In this document: piece by piece, positions 1 to 10,966 of the stretch
Position numbering within the stretch: the first letter of the stretch is position 1
Layout: each line of letters starts with the position of its first letter
Source of the DNA: an uncultured cyanobacterium
GTDB lineage: Bacteria; Cyanobacteriota; Cyanobacteriia; Cyanobacteriales; Microcystaceae
Assembly: GCA_963807635.1 (NCBI GenBank)
Contig: CAWEDJ010000071.1
Span: 1 to 64,000, forward strand
Length of the DNA: 64,000 bases
Reading direction: 5' to 3'
Notes under the pieces: generated by a model
The model's input: only the letters and a program-made list of their open reading frames with translations
Database searches by the model: none
Told to the model about the DNA's origin: nothing
Program-made: the position numbers and the translations under genes

Positions 1-420
1 TACTTTCATCGCAAGTTATTCGGCAAACAAAGACGACAACTCAAAGAACAAGTTAGCCAACTTAAAATAAAGCTTCCTCCCAGTGAATTTGCGAAGCATC
101 CGACGGTTAAATTATTAGCGGCTGTCATGACAGGCATTAAGGAAAAAATCGTCCTCAATCCGTTTGCTCCCCAATTTACCCTCAAGGGTTCCCTGAGACA
201 TTATGGACGATTAAAAGGCATGGGACTCAGCGATCGCCATCGTCTATTTTTTCGAACATTTGAAGCAGAGGGGCGTAAGATTTTAATTATCCTCTGGCTA
301 GGATTTCCTCGTAAACAGGGTGATAAAAATGACTGCTACGAAGTTTTTTCACGGATGGTTTGTAACGGTGATTTTCCTGAAACCTTGGAACAATTACTCG
401 CAGAAACTGATTTTATCTAA
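1..420 (+). CDS. YhaV-family type II toxin (RelE-like RNase), 5' end outside window
   Basis: Frame is open from base 1 (YFHRKLFGKQRRQLKEQV...HPTVKLLAAV) into ORF 127..420; RLFFR and KNDCYEVFSRM motifs typical of YhaV. Confidence 0.75.
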   Translation, partial: YFHRKLFGKQRRQLKEQVSQLKIKLPPSEFAKHPTVKLLAAVMTGIKEKIVLNPFAPQFTLKGSLRHYGRLKGMGLSDRHRLFFRTFEAEGRKILIILWLGFPRKQGDKNDCYEVFSRMVCNGDFPETLEQLLAETDFI

Positions 421-453
421 TAGATTTATTCGGATATAAGGGTTTTAAAAAGA

Positions 454-867
454 TTAATTGAGCTTACCTTTTTTTGTATGTTTATGAACTTGAGGAAAGC
501 CCAAAGGTTTAATTTCTTGCTCTTTTCTGGCGATTTCTAATTGTTTTAACTCGGTATAATCCACCCAATGAATACAATCAACGGGACAGGTATCGATCGC
601 CTCCTGGAGAATGTCTTCAGAATGGCCGTCCTGATTATAAACCCGCGATCGCCCGTAATCAGGCTCAATATAAAAAGCATTCGGGGCCACATGGGCGCAG
701 TGCTTGCAACCAATACAGGTCGTTTCATCCACATAAACCCCTTTTTCCCGTAGGATTCCCCCTAATTCTGGCTCGAATCCCGACCTATCGGACAAATCAC
801 GCAAAAATCCCCCTAACTCTGGCTCTAAACCAGACCGATCAGGGGGAGAAGAAAAATCATTAGCCAT
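454..867 (-). CDS. Ferredoxin, single-cluster 4Fe-4S/3Fe-4S type (DnaJ-Fer-like Fd domain; Synechocystis Fed7-like)
   Basis: VYVDETTCIGCKHCAHVAP and AIDTCPVDCIHW motifs; N-terminal RSGxEPELGGxLR repeated twice; ATG at 867 overlaps the ycf35 stop. Confidence 0.85.
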   Translation of the reverse strand: MANDFSSPPDRSGLEPELGGFLRDLSDRSGFEPELGGILREKGVYVDETTCIGCKHCAHVAPNAFYIEPDYGRSRVYNQDGHSEDILQEAIDTCPVDCIHWVDYTELKQLEIARKEQEIKPLGFPQVHKHTKKGKLN

Positions 868-1252
868 TAGGCACTCCAACGTTGAACCACGAGACGAATG
901 GAACCATCTTGATTGTTAGTTTGTTCAGCAACCTGAAAACCCTGTTTGGTCGATTCCTGCAAAATCGTTTCTAGGGCATAACCCTTGGTCACTTGCTTGA
1001 GAAAACCATCGACAGTCAAAGGTTGTTGCCAGTATTGCAAGTCAGCGACCAATTCGTATTCCTGACCATTCCAGCTAAAACCAATATCATAGTTGTTGGC
1101 CTGTTCAACCACCACTTCTGCCGTTAAGGTTTGTCCTTGATAGCCTCTGACCGCACGGGGCCTTCCTTCCAATCAATCCCTAAATTGGTGAGGGAAGTTT
1201 TGAGAGCCGTCAAATCGCGAATTTTGGTTTTAATATTACTAAAGTGTGACAT
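867..1252 (-). CDS. ycf35: Ycf35 / DUF1257 protein (one-base frameshift near 1159, probable sequencing error)
   Basis: ATG at 1252 gives MSHFSNIKTKIRDLTALKTSLTNLGIDWKEGP; one extra C joins it to RAVRGYQGQ...YELVADLQYWQQ. Confidence 0.85.
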
Positions 1253-1308
1253 AAGCGTTTTAGGTGAATTTCAACGAAATTTAAGGATTAAAAACTATTT
1301 TTGGGGAT

Positions 1309-1524
1309 TTACCATTCACTCAAGGCCGAGGGATTATCTGCCTGAAGAGTTTGGGTTGCCTTTTGAGCGTAATAATCAGAAGTCGTTTCCTGGGAAAGAA
1401 CCTGACCCAGAGCGGCCTCGATCGCCGCCGTAACTTCCTCGCAAGAAGAGCCAACAATGCCCGTCACCATTTCCTTGACGCGGCCATCAGGGTAGATGAT
1501 AAATTCTAGGGTTTCCATATTCAT
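1309..1524 (-). CDS. DUF2997 family protein
   Basis: METLEFIIYPDGRVKEMVTGIVGSSCEEVTAAIE motif; usual first gene before ycf35. Confidence 0.8.
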   Translation of the reverse strand: MNMETLEFIIYPDGRVKEMVTGIVGSSCEEVTAAIEAALGQVLSQETTSDYYAQKATQTLQADNPSALSEW

Positions 1525-1741
1525 GGGTAATCCTCGGTTAACCGTCTATCTTGAATGGGACTCGAATTGTCAATGCTGATTTTGTGATAAATCTTTAGGC
1601 TATCTTAACCAGTCTGTGTAAGATTTTAGCAAAAATTAATATTAAAAACAGAATTTACTTTAATTTTTGTAAATTTTGTATACGATTATGGCCCAATCCT
1701 GTAGTGTCATCACAATCCCGTCGGCTGTAACCTCGATTTCC

Positions 1742-3217
1742 TTAGTCTTCGGTTAAATCACTTAATAAGCTAGGCCATTCCTTCTGATTGCTGACTTCCC
1801 TGCTTTCTTTGACCTCAAAGGTTTTATGACAGGCTTCTGGGGAATCCATAATCGCTAAACACAACTCGGCGATCGCGTTGCGACTGACTTGACCGCGAAT
1901 ATTATCCCCTTGCTCAAAAATCAGGGAGTTAATCTCTGTTTTTTCCGTTAAGGCACAGGGACGAATAATCGTATAAAGCAGACCACTTTGACGAATGGCA
2001 TCTTCTCCGCGTAATTTCCAAGTCAAAATGCCGCCTAATTGTTCATTCATTCGGACGGCTGGGGGTTCTTCTTCTAAAATCAAACCTGGACGACCTGGGC
2101 GTGTCACTCCCGCCGAACTGATATGGATAAATTGGGGCGTTTTCGGATTGCCGTAGGCTTTAATGGATTCAATTTCTAAAGCAAATAATCCAGGAGAGAA
2201 AGTTGGATTTAATTCTCCATCGTATTCAAATTTACTGTGCATTAATTGCAAGGAATAAACTTGATTGGGATTAAATTTGCCTTTTTCTGGAACACTTTTT
2301 GCGCGAAAAATAGGAATTAGTTGATCAAAGGAAACTCGGATCGTTTGGGGTCGATTATTAAAGGTATCAAAGGAATAACAATAACCCACGCCATCCCATT
2401 TATCTTCCCCCCGCATAATTAATTTATAGCGTTTACCATCCCCTTGAATTCTCAGTTCAATGCCTTCATAGTTAGATAAATCTAACGCCTGGGAAAAATT
2501 ACGAGTCCGAACAGAGGCAAAACCGCCGTCATTGGCAATAGAAACATTCCCTGAAAAGACCGCTCGATTTTGAGTTAATTGGATCTGGCTCGCACTCACA
2601 CCGCCCATTACCACGTCATCGACGGCTCCCCAGGTGGTTTTTAAATCCTCAGTCGGCTGGGTAAAGTCAAAAATCGTTTGTTCGGTCGGTTTTATATATT
2701 TCTTAACGACCGCAATTAAATTTTTAATCCCTTCATATTCCACGAATTCGGGAACATCAACCACTTCTGGCAGATAAAACTTAATGCCTTGATAGTATTT
2801 TTCTCTGGTGGGGGTATCACCTTCAACGGGTTGGACTTTTGTGCCTGAACAACAAATTACGGTGGTTACGTTCTCCATTAATTTGGGCGTTAGGGTTTCG
2901 GGAATCGTTAGATCCCCTTCAAAAATTTCTACTTTTTCGCTGAATAATTCTTTCGCTCTTTCTGGGTTTCTGGCTAATACTCGAACGGGGTAATTTTTCG
3001 CTAATAAATTATTAACAACTCGCTTTCCTACGCCTCCTGTTGCACCGACGACTAGAATCATATCCATAGTTTTTTGGGGTTCTGATAAATGGGTTTGGGG
3101 TTTCGGTTTCCCTGAAAAAATTCGTTGTAAACAGCCTAAAAAAGGGATGACTTCAAAATAGGTCAGGGTCTCAAAAAATCTTCCCCGATCCCAGGGTTGT
3201 CGCGATCGCTCTACCAT
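1742..3217 (-). CDS. NAD(P)H-binding Rossmann protein with inserted CIA30 domain (HCF173-like)
   Basis: GATGGVG motif; CIA30 motifs DDVVMGGVS, GGFASVRT, GDGKRYK; C-terminal YTIIRPCAL. Confidence 0.85.
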   Translation of the reverse strand: MVERSRQPWDRGRFFETLTYFEVIPFLGCLQRIFSGKPKPQTHLSEPQKTMDMILVVGATGGVGKRVVNNLLAKNYPVRVLARNPERAKELFSEKVEIFEGDLTIPETLTPKLMENVTTVICCSGTKVQPVEGDTPTREKYYQGIKFYLPEVVDVPEFVEYEGIKNLIAVVKKYIKPTEQTIFDFTQPTEDLKTTWGAVDDVVMGGVSASQIQLTQNRAVFSGNVSIANDGGFASVRTRNFSQALDLSNYEGIELRIQGDGKRYKLIMRGEDKWDGVGYCYSFDTFNNRPQTIRVSFDQLIPIFRAKSVPEKGKFNPNQVYSLQLMHSKFEYDGELNPTFSPGLFALEIESIKAYGNPKTPQFIHISSAGVTRPGRPGLILEEEPPAVRMNEQLGGILTWKLRGEDAIRQSGLLYTIIRPCALTEKTEINSLIFEQGDNIRGQVSRNAIAELCLAIMDSPEACHKTFEVKESREVSNQKEWPSLLSDLTED

Positions 3218-3350
3218 TTTATTTTTTGATTTGTGAATTATAAGCTTGTAGCCCAGTTTAACGAATGCTTCTAGGAAAAGACAAGGGCTGGAGTCGTATC
3301 TTTAAATTTGAAATTTGCGGAAAATGGATTAGGATCGAGAAGCTACTTTT

Positions 3351-3414
3351 GGGCGCAAGCCTTGCGCTCCTACGATCCTTAAAAAACTTATGTAGGGGCG
3401 AATTGCGTTCGCCC
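3351..3414. repeat. Pair of oppositely oriented GTAG-type REP-like palindromes
   Basis: 3373-3351 (minus) GTAGGAGCGCAAGGCTTGCGCCC and 3392-3414 (plus) GTAGGGGCGAATTGCGTTCGCCC; both are GTAG followed by a GC-rich hairpin. Confidence 0.65.
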
Positions 3415-3479
3415 ATGAACAATTCCCAGAAAACCTAATTCATACTAATTTAAAGGATATTAAGTGTAATATTTTCTGT

Positions 3480-6116
3480 TTAATAATCTCTAAGATGAGC
3501 CACTGTGAAATAAAAGTTACTGCCTTTTCCGACGGTACTTTCTACCCAAATTTTACCACCGTGTTGTTCAACGATCTCCTTGCTAATCGCTAACCCTAGA
3601 CCGACTCCTTCTTGTTCGCGAGCATCGGAGGAATCTATTTGTTTAAATCGCTCGAAAATGATTTCTAATTGCTGCTGGGGGATGCCTCGACCCCGATCGC
3701 GAACAGAAAATAATAAATATGGGGTTTGTTGTTCAACGGATAGATCAATCGTGGAAGAGGGGCGAAACTTAATGGCATTACCGAGGAGATTAATGAGGAC
3801 TTGTACCAGGCGATTGCTGTCAGCATGGAGGGCATAGGAAACAGGAGAAACATTGATTTTAATATCCGCCTGTTTTGCTAATTCTTGAACTTGGGCGATC
3901 GCATCGGTCATAATTTTTTGGGTATGGCAATCACTTTTTTTTATTTGAAATGTTCCTGATTGCAAGCGTTCTGCATCAAAAATATCATTCACCAGACGAA
4001 CAAGACGATCTACTCCATCGGTTGCCAGGGAAATGATCATTTCTCCGTCCTCGGAAGCAGGATCAATAATTTTTTCAGAAAGTAAACTTAATGAAGCCTG
4101 GATCGTGGTTAGCGGAGTTTTTAATTCATGGCTGACAATGGATAAAAATTCAGACTTGATTTTCTCTAAACGATGTTTTTCTGTAATATCTTCACCGAGA
4201 GAAATTACTCCGATAGATTGACCCTGTTTATCTTTGAGAACGGAATTGTGCCAAGAAATGATTCTCTCTTCGCCCGATTTAGTTAAAATAGGGTTGACGT
4301 GGTATTCATTGTTAATTTCTTCCAGAATTTCTTGAAAAACAGTTTCTAAAGACAATTGATGCTCAGAAGACACAAAATGGGTTATCCAATGTTTATTAAT
4401 GACTTCTTCGGGGGCAAATCCAGAGATTTTTAAGAAAAAAGGATTGATATATTGCACATTACCGTCTAGATCCAGTTCAATCACAATAATTTGAATTTTG
4501 TCTAGAACTGAACGCCAACGACGATTAAATTCTTTTCCTTCGGCTTCAGCCTGTTTGCGATCGCTGAATATCAAAACAAGAGCCAATAATTTCCAGAGGA
4601 TTTCCCTGTTCATCCCGTACCAAACGCAGTTGATCCCTTAACCAAACGTAATAACCTTTTTTATGCAAAAAGCGATATTCGTCGGTATGAGTGCCAACCT
4701 CAAAACGTGCCGATAACTTAGAAAATACGCGGGGGGAATCTTCGGGGTGAAGATGAGTGGCGAGAAGTTGTCTTGAGTCATAAACTCTTCGGCTTTATAG
4801 CCCACAATAGCCTCAATGTTTTCACTCATAAAAGTTGCTTCATAGGGTTCATAGGGCTTACAGCTATAAATTATGGCAGAGCTTGAAGCTAGGATAAATT
4901 GCAAACGTTCTTTTAGTCTGAGATTTTCTTGTTCGACTTGTTTGCGATCGCTGATATCTCGAATAATTAGTAAAACCTCTTGATCATTCAGGGCTGCAAT
5001 GCGGACTTCTTCGTATCGTTCTCCATCCCCAAAATTAACTCTTTGCTCATAGATCTGTACTTGACCACTTTCAATCGCTAAGTGGGCCAGTTCGAGTCGT
5101 TTTTCTATTAAGTGTTGGGGTAAAATATCGTAAATATTGAATTCAGAATAGGGGAGTCCTGCGGCTAGCTCTTGTTCATTATTTCCTCCTGACATGAGGA
5201 TAAATTCTCCTTGTCGATCCATCTGAATCAGGAGATCGGGAATAGTTTTGAGGATAATACTCTTAGTGTATTCACTCTGTTGGCGTTGCTCTATTTCAAA
5301 TTGCTGTTCACTAATATCATCGACAATACCGCACCAAGCAAAATCACCATTTTCTCGCGCTTCGATTTCGGCTTTCCCTTTTATCCATTTTAATTTGCCT
5401 GAAGGTGTAATAATGCGCCATTTATGATCAAAAAGACTGAGTTGAGACCGACTAATTTCTACTGCTTGCCAATAGCTGTCCAGATCATCGGGATGTATCT
5501 GTTGATGAATGCGATCGGCATTAGCAAGAATTTCTGCTTGAGTAATTTCATGAAGTTTTTCCGCCGCTTTACTAATATATTCAAAATGGATAGAACCATC
5601 AGAAGACAGAACGATGACAAAAATGACACTAGGGAGAATCTCGGCAATTTTTTGTAAGTGTTCGTAGGTTATTTGGGGAACCGTATGTTTTAATTGTTCC
5701 TCTAATTGGGTTAATTTTTCAGCAAGATTCCCTTCAGCGATCGCGCTTCTAACGTAGTGACAAAGGGTAGAGGGCGTAATATCGTCTTTAAGCAAATAGT
5801 CCCTGGCCCCTAGTTTCATCGCCTGTACTGCGATCCGTTCATGCCCCTGTCCATTCATCATGATCACGGGAATCTTTTTTCTTGACTGTGTTTTCTGGAT
5901 CGCTTCCAACAATTCCAAACCGCTACCATCGGGCAGATTAAGATCCACTAAGGCTAAATCAGGGGACTGCGATCGCCACAGTTCCAATCCCTCTTCCAGG
6001 GTTTCTGCTTCTAGGATCTGATAGTCATAATCCTTATTGGCCAAAAGATAACGACGATAAACGTCGCGATCGCTTTCCGAATCGTCCACTAATAAAACTT
6101 TATACCTGTCATTCAT
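3480..6116 (-). CDS. Hybrid sensor histidine kinase REC-PAS(x4)-HisKA-HATPase (two compensating frameshifts near 4762 and 4567)
   Basis: N-terminal receiver (LLVDDS, DLNLPD); PAS repeats; SHELKTPL H-box, NAIKF, DRGRG, GVGLGLAI. The alternative frame over 4760-4567 reads HLHPEDSPRV...EYRFLHKKGYYVWLRDQLRLVRDEQGNPLEIIGSCFD and bridges the two ORFs. Confidence 0.85.
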
Positions 6117-6232
6117 GCCGCACTATGCTCCAAGACAGCAAATCTATTTTAACGCTCTACTGGAACAAAAATTTCATAAATAATCAAGCATTAATTTTCA
6201 ATATCATTGGGATTCATAAGCGAAAAAATCTT

Positions 6233-6328
6233 TATAGCGATATTCATAAAAGTGAGGTATGGCCAAAGCTTGATTAACAAGGGGCTTAAGCCCCTTGCCT
6301 GTACCTCATAGGACTGCACACCGCTATA
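6233..6328. mobile_element. 96-bp MITE-like element, copy 1
   Basis: TATAGCG...CGCTATA ends, imperfect ~28-bp inverted repeats including TGAGGTA/TACCTCA, internal perfect palindrome CAAGGGGCTTAAGCCCCTTG; one mismatch to the copy at 50730-50825. Confidence 0.85.
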
Positions 6329-6390
6329 TCTCGCTTTATCTAACCCTTTAAGCTATCTTGAAAACGGTCAATATCAACAAACTATAAATC

Positions 6391-6747
6391 ATGACAATTG
6401 AAATTTATGGCATCCCCAATTGTGGAACCTGTAAAAAAGCCTTGCAATGGCTAGATAGTAATGGAATTGAGTACCAATTTATCAATACCAAAGAAAATCC
6501 TCCCAGTCGAGAATTAATCGAAGCCTGGGCAAAATTACTCACCACAAAAGCTATGCGAAATACCTCTGGACAGTCCTATCGCGCCCTGGGAGAGCAAAAA
6601 CAAGATTGGTCAGATTCCCAATGGATTGATGCCTTTGCGAAAGATGCCATGCTCCTCAAACGACCCTTGTTTGTCAAAGAGGGAACAGCCATTTTAGTGG
6701 GATTTTGTGCCAAAGAATCAGAATTGTGCCAAAAGTTTGGGGTTTAG
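6391..6747 (+). CDS. ArsC/Spx/MgsR family protein
   Basis: YGIPNCGTCKKA, NTSGQSYR and LLKRP motifs. Confidence 0.85.
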   Translation: MTIEIYGIPNCGTCKKALQWLDSNGIEYQFINTKENPPSRELIEAWAKLLTTKAMRNTSGQSYRALGEQKQDWSDSQWIDAFAKDAMLLKRPLFVKEGTAILVGFCAKESELCQKFGV

Positions 6748-6795
6748 AGAGGATAGAAATCTTCCATTAGAGATACATCAACTTCTCGCTAATTC

Positions 6796-6813
6796 TTTAC
6801 AATTGGTTACAAT
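6796..6813 (+). promoter_or_regulatory. HLR1 (RpaB-binding) direct repeat overlapping a candidate -10 element
   Basis: TTTACAAT-TG-GTTACAAT matches (G/T)TTACA(T/A)(T/A)-N2-(G/T)TTACA(T/A)(T/A), 43 bp before the vte4 ATG. Confidence 0.6.
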
Positions 6814-6856
6814 GTGGAAGTGTGTTAACTAAAGACGGAAAACGGTTCAAATCCCA

Positions 6857-7735
6857 ATGAGCAATGACTTGTACCAAGAAATTCAGCAATTCTATGATGC
6901 CTCTAGCGGCTTGTGGGAACAGATCTGGGGTGAACATATGCACCACGGATACTACGGGCGATCGGGAAATAATAAGGTTAATCGTCGTCAGGCGCAAATT
7001 GATCTGATTGAAGAATTATTGGCCTGGGCGGGTTACACCGAGAGCGATTCATCGACTAACCCCAAAACCATTATTGATGTCGGCTGTGGCATTGGCGGCA
7101 GTAGTCTCTATTTAGCCCAGAAATTTAATGCCAACGTGACAGGAATCACCCTTTCTCCTGTCCAGGCGAACCGAGCAACCGAAAGAGTTAAAAACGCAGG
7201 ATTCCAAGAACAAGTCCAGTTTCAGGTAGCGAACGCCATTGAGATGCCCTTTCCTGATAATCAATTTGATCTGGTTTGGTCATTGGAAAGTGGGGAACAT
7301 ATGCCTGATAAAACCCAATTTTTGGCGGAATGTTACCGAGTTTTGCGGCCAGGGGGTAAATTAATTCTCGCAACCTGGTGTCACCGTTCGACCGATTCTG
7401 TAGCAGGTGCTTTGACAAAGGATGAAAAACGGCATCTAGCGGAAATTTATCGGGTTTATTGTCTGCCCCACGTGATTTCTCTTCCCGATTATGAGGCGAT
7501 CGCAGTTAAGTGCGGTTTCAAGGATTTGCGGGCAGATGACTGGTCAAATTCGGTCGCACCGTTTTGGGATGTGGTCATTGATTCAGCGATCAAACCAGAG
7601 GCGATTTTAGGATTATTTCAATCGGGTTGGCGGACAATCGAAGCCGCTTTATCCCTTCGTTTAATGAGCAGAGGCTATAGTCGCGGATTAGTCAAATTTG
7701 GCGTTTTAACGGCTACAAAATCTAACATAGGTTGA
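6857..7735 (+). CDS. vte4: Gamma-tocopherol methyltransferase (slr0089-like)
   Basis: FYDASSGLWEQIWGEHMHHGYY, DVGCGIGGS, SLESGEHMPDK; adjacent to hppD. Confidence 0.85.
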   Translation: MSNDLYQEIQQFYDASSGLWEQIWGEHMHHGYYGRSGNNKVNRRQAQIDLIEELLAWAGYTESDSSTNPKTIIDVGCGIGGSSLYLAQKFNANVTGITLSPVQANRATERVKNAGFQEQVQFQVANAIEMPFPDNQFDLVWSLESGEHMPDKTQFLAECYRVLRPGGKLILATWCHRSTDSVAGALTKDEKRHLAEIYRVYCLPHVISLPDYEAIAVKCGFKDLRADDWSNSVAPFWDVVIDSAIKPEAILGLFQSGWRTIEAALSLRLMSRGYSRGLVKFGVLTATKSNIG

Positions 7736-7745
7736 ATTCTAGGTT

Positions 7746-8858
7746 ATGAAAATTGCTTATATTCATTTTTATGTTGAAGATATTCGGCGATCGCGAAATT
7801 GGTTTATCGAAACAATGGGATTTTCGTTTTTGGGACAAAGTATTAATGTCCATACGATAACGGCAATAGTAGGAATTAATGGTATTTTATTTCTACTTTC
7901 TGCCCCGCTCAAAGAAACCAGTCCCGTTGCGTCTTACCTGAAAAAACATCCGCCTGGGGTCGCTGATATCGCCTTTAAAATTCAGAATTTTGATGTATTT
8001 TCTGAAAAATTAGTCGATCTAAAAGTTGAAATTCTAGAAAATGATCTCATCTCTCTAGAAAATTTGAGGATGATCAAGATCAAAGGTTGGGGAAATTTGG
8101 AACACACCCTCATTGAATCTCAAGATAATAGTGATAATCCATTAGGATTTAGATTTAACAATAAAACTTTTTTATCAACCAATCACCCCTCTAATTTAAA
8201 ATCTCATATTACAGGTATCGATCACGTTGTTCTCAATGTGCCGCGATCGCACTTAAAATCAGCAGTCGCTTGGTATCAAAGGATTTTTAACTTCCAAGTC
8301 CAGCAATTATTCACCATTAAAACCCCCAATTCTGGCTTGTATAGTGAAGCCCTCATTGATCCGAGTCATCAGGTTCAATTTAATATTAATGAACCCACTT
8401 CCGCTAATTCCCAAATCCAAGAATTTTTAGACCTCAATCTTGGCTCAGGGATTCAACATATTGCCCTAAAGACAAATGATATTTTGCAAACTGTTCGACA
8501 AATGAAAAATCTGGGATTAACTTTTTTAGAGATTCCAGCGAGTTACTATCAAAAATTAGATCAAAAATATGGCATAAAAATTCAAGCATTTCTCGGAAAT
8601 GAATATTGGGAACAATTCAAAAAAGAAAAAATTTTATTAGATTTTCCTGCTAAAAGTCCCCAATCGCTATTAATGCAAATTTTTAGTCAACCTATTTTTG
8701 AAAAACCAACCTTCTTTTTTGAATTTATCCAACGTCGAGATAATGCCGATGGCTTTGGAGAAGGTAATTTTTTAGCTTTATTTGAAGCAATGGAAACTGA
8801 GCAACGGGAAAGAAACTTGGAAGACGGGGTTGATAGCGTTGGAAAAGCTAAACCTTAA
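7746..8858 (+). CDS. hppD: 4-hydroxyphenylpyruvate dioxygenase
   Basis: IDHVVLNV, NINEP, SQIQEFL, GIQHIAL, FFEFIQRR, GFGEGNFLALF motifs. Confidence 0.92.
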   Translation: MKIAYIHFYVEDIRRSRNWFIETMGFSFLGQSINVHTITAIVGINGILFLLSAPLKETSPVASYLKKHPPGVADIAFKIQNFDVFSEKLVDLKVEILENDLISLENLRMIKIKGWGNLEHTLIESQDNSDNPLGFRFNNKTFLSTNHPSNLKSHITGIDHVVLNVPRSHLKSAVAWYQRIFNFQVQQLFTIKTPNSGLYSEALIDPSHQVQFNINEPTSANSQIQEFLDLNLGSGIQHIALKTNDILQTVRQMKNLGLTFLEIPASYYQKLDQKYGIKIQAFLGNEYWEQFKKEKILLDFPAKSPQSLLMQIFSQPIFEKPTFFFEFIQRRDNADGFGEGNFLALFEAMETEQRERNLEDGVDSVGKAKP

Positions 8859-9848
8859 GGACTAAACGATATCGGGGTTTGCCATTGCGTAATTTCTCGA
8901 AAGCTTCATTCACCTGTTCTAGAGGATAAACCTCAATGATTGGCTCCAACCCATGTCGCACTGAGAAATTCAACATATCGCTAGTCGTGACTGGGCTACC
9001 GAGGGGACTGGCTGAAATCGATTTTTGTCCCAAAAGCAAGGGAAAAAGATTCGCAGATAAAGGATTGGGCGCAACACCCACAACGTGCAAGCGACCTTTG
9101 GGACGGAGGGCATTGATATAGGCATCCCAATTTAAATCCGCCGTCACCGTTGAGAGAATAAAATCCAAAGAATTGGCGACTGATGCTAGGGCTTCAGGGT
9201 CAACGGAATTGACGAAGTGAGTGGCTCCCATCGCCTTTGCCTCGGCTTCTTTTTCGGGACTATGGGAAAATGCGGTCACTTCACAGCCCCAAGCTTTCAG
9301 AAAACGAATAGCCATGTGTCCTAGCCCACCGATCCCAATGACCCCGACCTTTTCCGTTGGTTTAACCCCACAAACCAGAATGGGATTAAAAACCGTAATA
9401 CCACCACAGAATAGGGGCCAGCCGAAACAGGATTCATGTCATCTGGGATGGCGATCGCCCATTCATAATTAACACGAACCTTGTCAGCAAAGCCGCCGTG
9501 ACGACCAACGATAATTCCCTCTGCCTTGGGACACAAATTTTGATTGCCCGACATACACCATTCACAGGTCATGCAGGAGTGGGAAAACCAACCTGCTCCC
9601 ACCCGTTGTCCAATTTTGAGAGTTGTCACCCGATTTCCTAATGCCGCAACGGTTCCCACCACTTCATGACCAGGAACAAAGGGATATTGAGTCGTTCCCC
9701 AGTCGTTGTCTAGCATATGCAGATCGCTATGACAAATGCCGCAGTATTCCACTTGGATTTCGACTTCTTCTTCTCCCAGGATGCCTGGATCGTATTCAAA
9801 GGGTTCTAATTTTCCGCTTTTGTGGGTGGCGGCATAGGCTCGGATCAT
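8848..9848 (-). CDS. ahr: Zn-dependent NADPH aldehyde reductase / cinnamyl-alcohol-dehydrogenase family (frameshift near 9416)
   Basis: CGICHSD, GHE, structural Zn Cys cluster; adding one C restores AGPLFCGGITVF and joins ORFs 9321..9848 and 8848..9315. Confidence 0.85.
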
Positions 9849-9915
9849 GGGGATAACCTCAACGACAATCTTTACTAGATTTTAACCCCAGCAAGTTAAA
9901 TTTAACCTTGGATGA

Positions 9916-10821
9916 TTATTCTGCGATCGCAGTTGCCTGTAAATCCTGAACCAATTCGCTTAAATGTTGATCCGTCGCCTGATAAACTTCCCCACAAAAT
10001 TCACAGGTTGCTTCTGCTCCCCCATCTTTTTCAATCATGTCCAGCAATTCGGCTTCCCCTAACGTTCTGAGAGCCGATAAAACTCGATCAAAAGAGCAAC
10101 GACAATCAAAGCGCACCAACTGGACATCAGGGAAAATTTCTAAGCCCAAATCACCGAGCAAGGATTCAAAAATTTCAGGTAAAGTCTTACCTTCCCGTAG
10201 GAGGGGCGTAAAACCCTTTAATTCCGCAATACGAGCTTCTAGGGTTGAAATCAAGGCTTCATCCTGGGCAGCCTTGGGCATAATTTGCACCAGAATTCCC
10301 CCCGCCGCCGTTACACCATCGACACCCACAAAAACCCCAACAAGAAGCGCAGAGGGCGTTTGTTCCGAGGTGAATAAATAATGGGTAATATCTTCGCCAA
10401 TTTCGCCAGAAACTAATTCGACGGTGCTGGAATAGGGATAACCATGACCAATATCCCGCACCACATAAACAAATCCTTCACTGCCAACGGCTCCACCGAC
10501 ATCTAATTTACCCTGGGCATTGGGGGGTAATTCTACATCGGGATTGAAGACATAGCCGCGCACCGTTCCATCTAAGCCCGCATCGACCAGAAGTCCACCG
10601 AGGGGGCCATTGCCCTTGATGCGAATATTAACCCGTGAATTTTCTCGCTTCATGCTAGAAGCTAATAGCAAACCTGCCGACATGGTGCGACCGAGGGCTG
10701 CCGTTGCCACGTAGGATAATTTGTGCCGTTGCCGTGCCTCTTCGGTGAGACGGGTCGAAATAATGCCGACGGCCCGAACTCCTCCCTCAGCCGCGATCGC
10801 TCGAATCAGTTGGTCTGCCAT
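9916..10821 (-). CDS. hslO: Hsp33 redox-regulated chaperone
   Basis: SEQTPS, CRCS and CEFC zinc-centre motifs. Confidence 0.95.
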   Translation of the reverse strand: MADQLIRAIAAEGGVRAVGIISTRLTEEARQRHKLSYVATAALGRTMSAGLLLASSMKRENSRVNIRIKGNGPLGGLLVDAGLDGTVRGYVFNPDVELPPNAQGKLDVGGAVGSEGFVYVVRDIGHGYPYSSTVELVSGEIGEDITHYLFTSEQTPSALLVGVFVGVDGVTAAGGILVQIMPKAAQDEALISTLEARIAELKGFTPLLREGKTLPEIFESLLGDLGLEIFPDVQLVRFDCRCSFDRVLSALRTLGEAELLDMIEKDGGAEATCEFCGEVYQATDQHLSELVQDLQATAIAE

Positions 10822-10966
10822 GAGTGCCTTAACATTTTGTAACAGTATTTCTTTATTGTAAAACCGTTACGCTCAGGATGGGTGAGTCTTTGATTCTGCC
10901 AAGGTCTTTAAATCTGATTTCAACTGCGATCATCGTCACCCATGTCTTTCCCTGCATTAAAGTTCA

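Noticed and set aside
745..840. Tandem repeat at the ferredoxin N-terminus as a novel insertion
   Set aside because: The duplicated RSGxEPELGG unit is, as I recall, a normal feature of this ferredoxin family.
6233..6328. CRISPR repeat or tRNA/ncRNA
   Set aside because: Copies are dispersed with no spacer array or cas genes; no cloverleaf; TA-flanked inverted ends fit a MITE.
10826..10870. HLR1-like sequence upstream of hslO
   Set aside because: Only one half-site matches well (GTTACAAA); the second half is poor.
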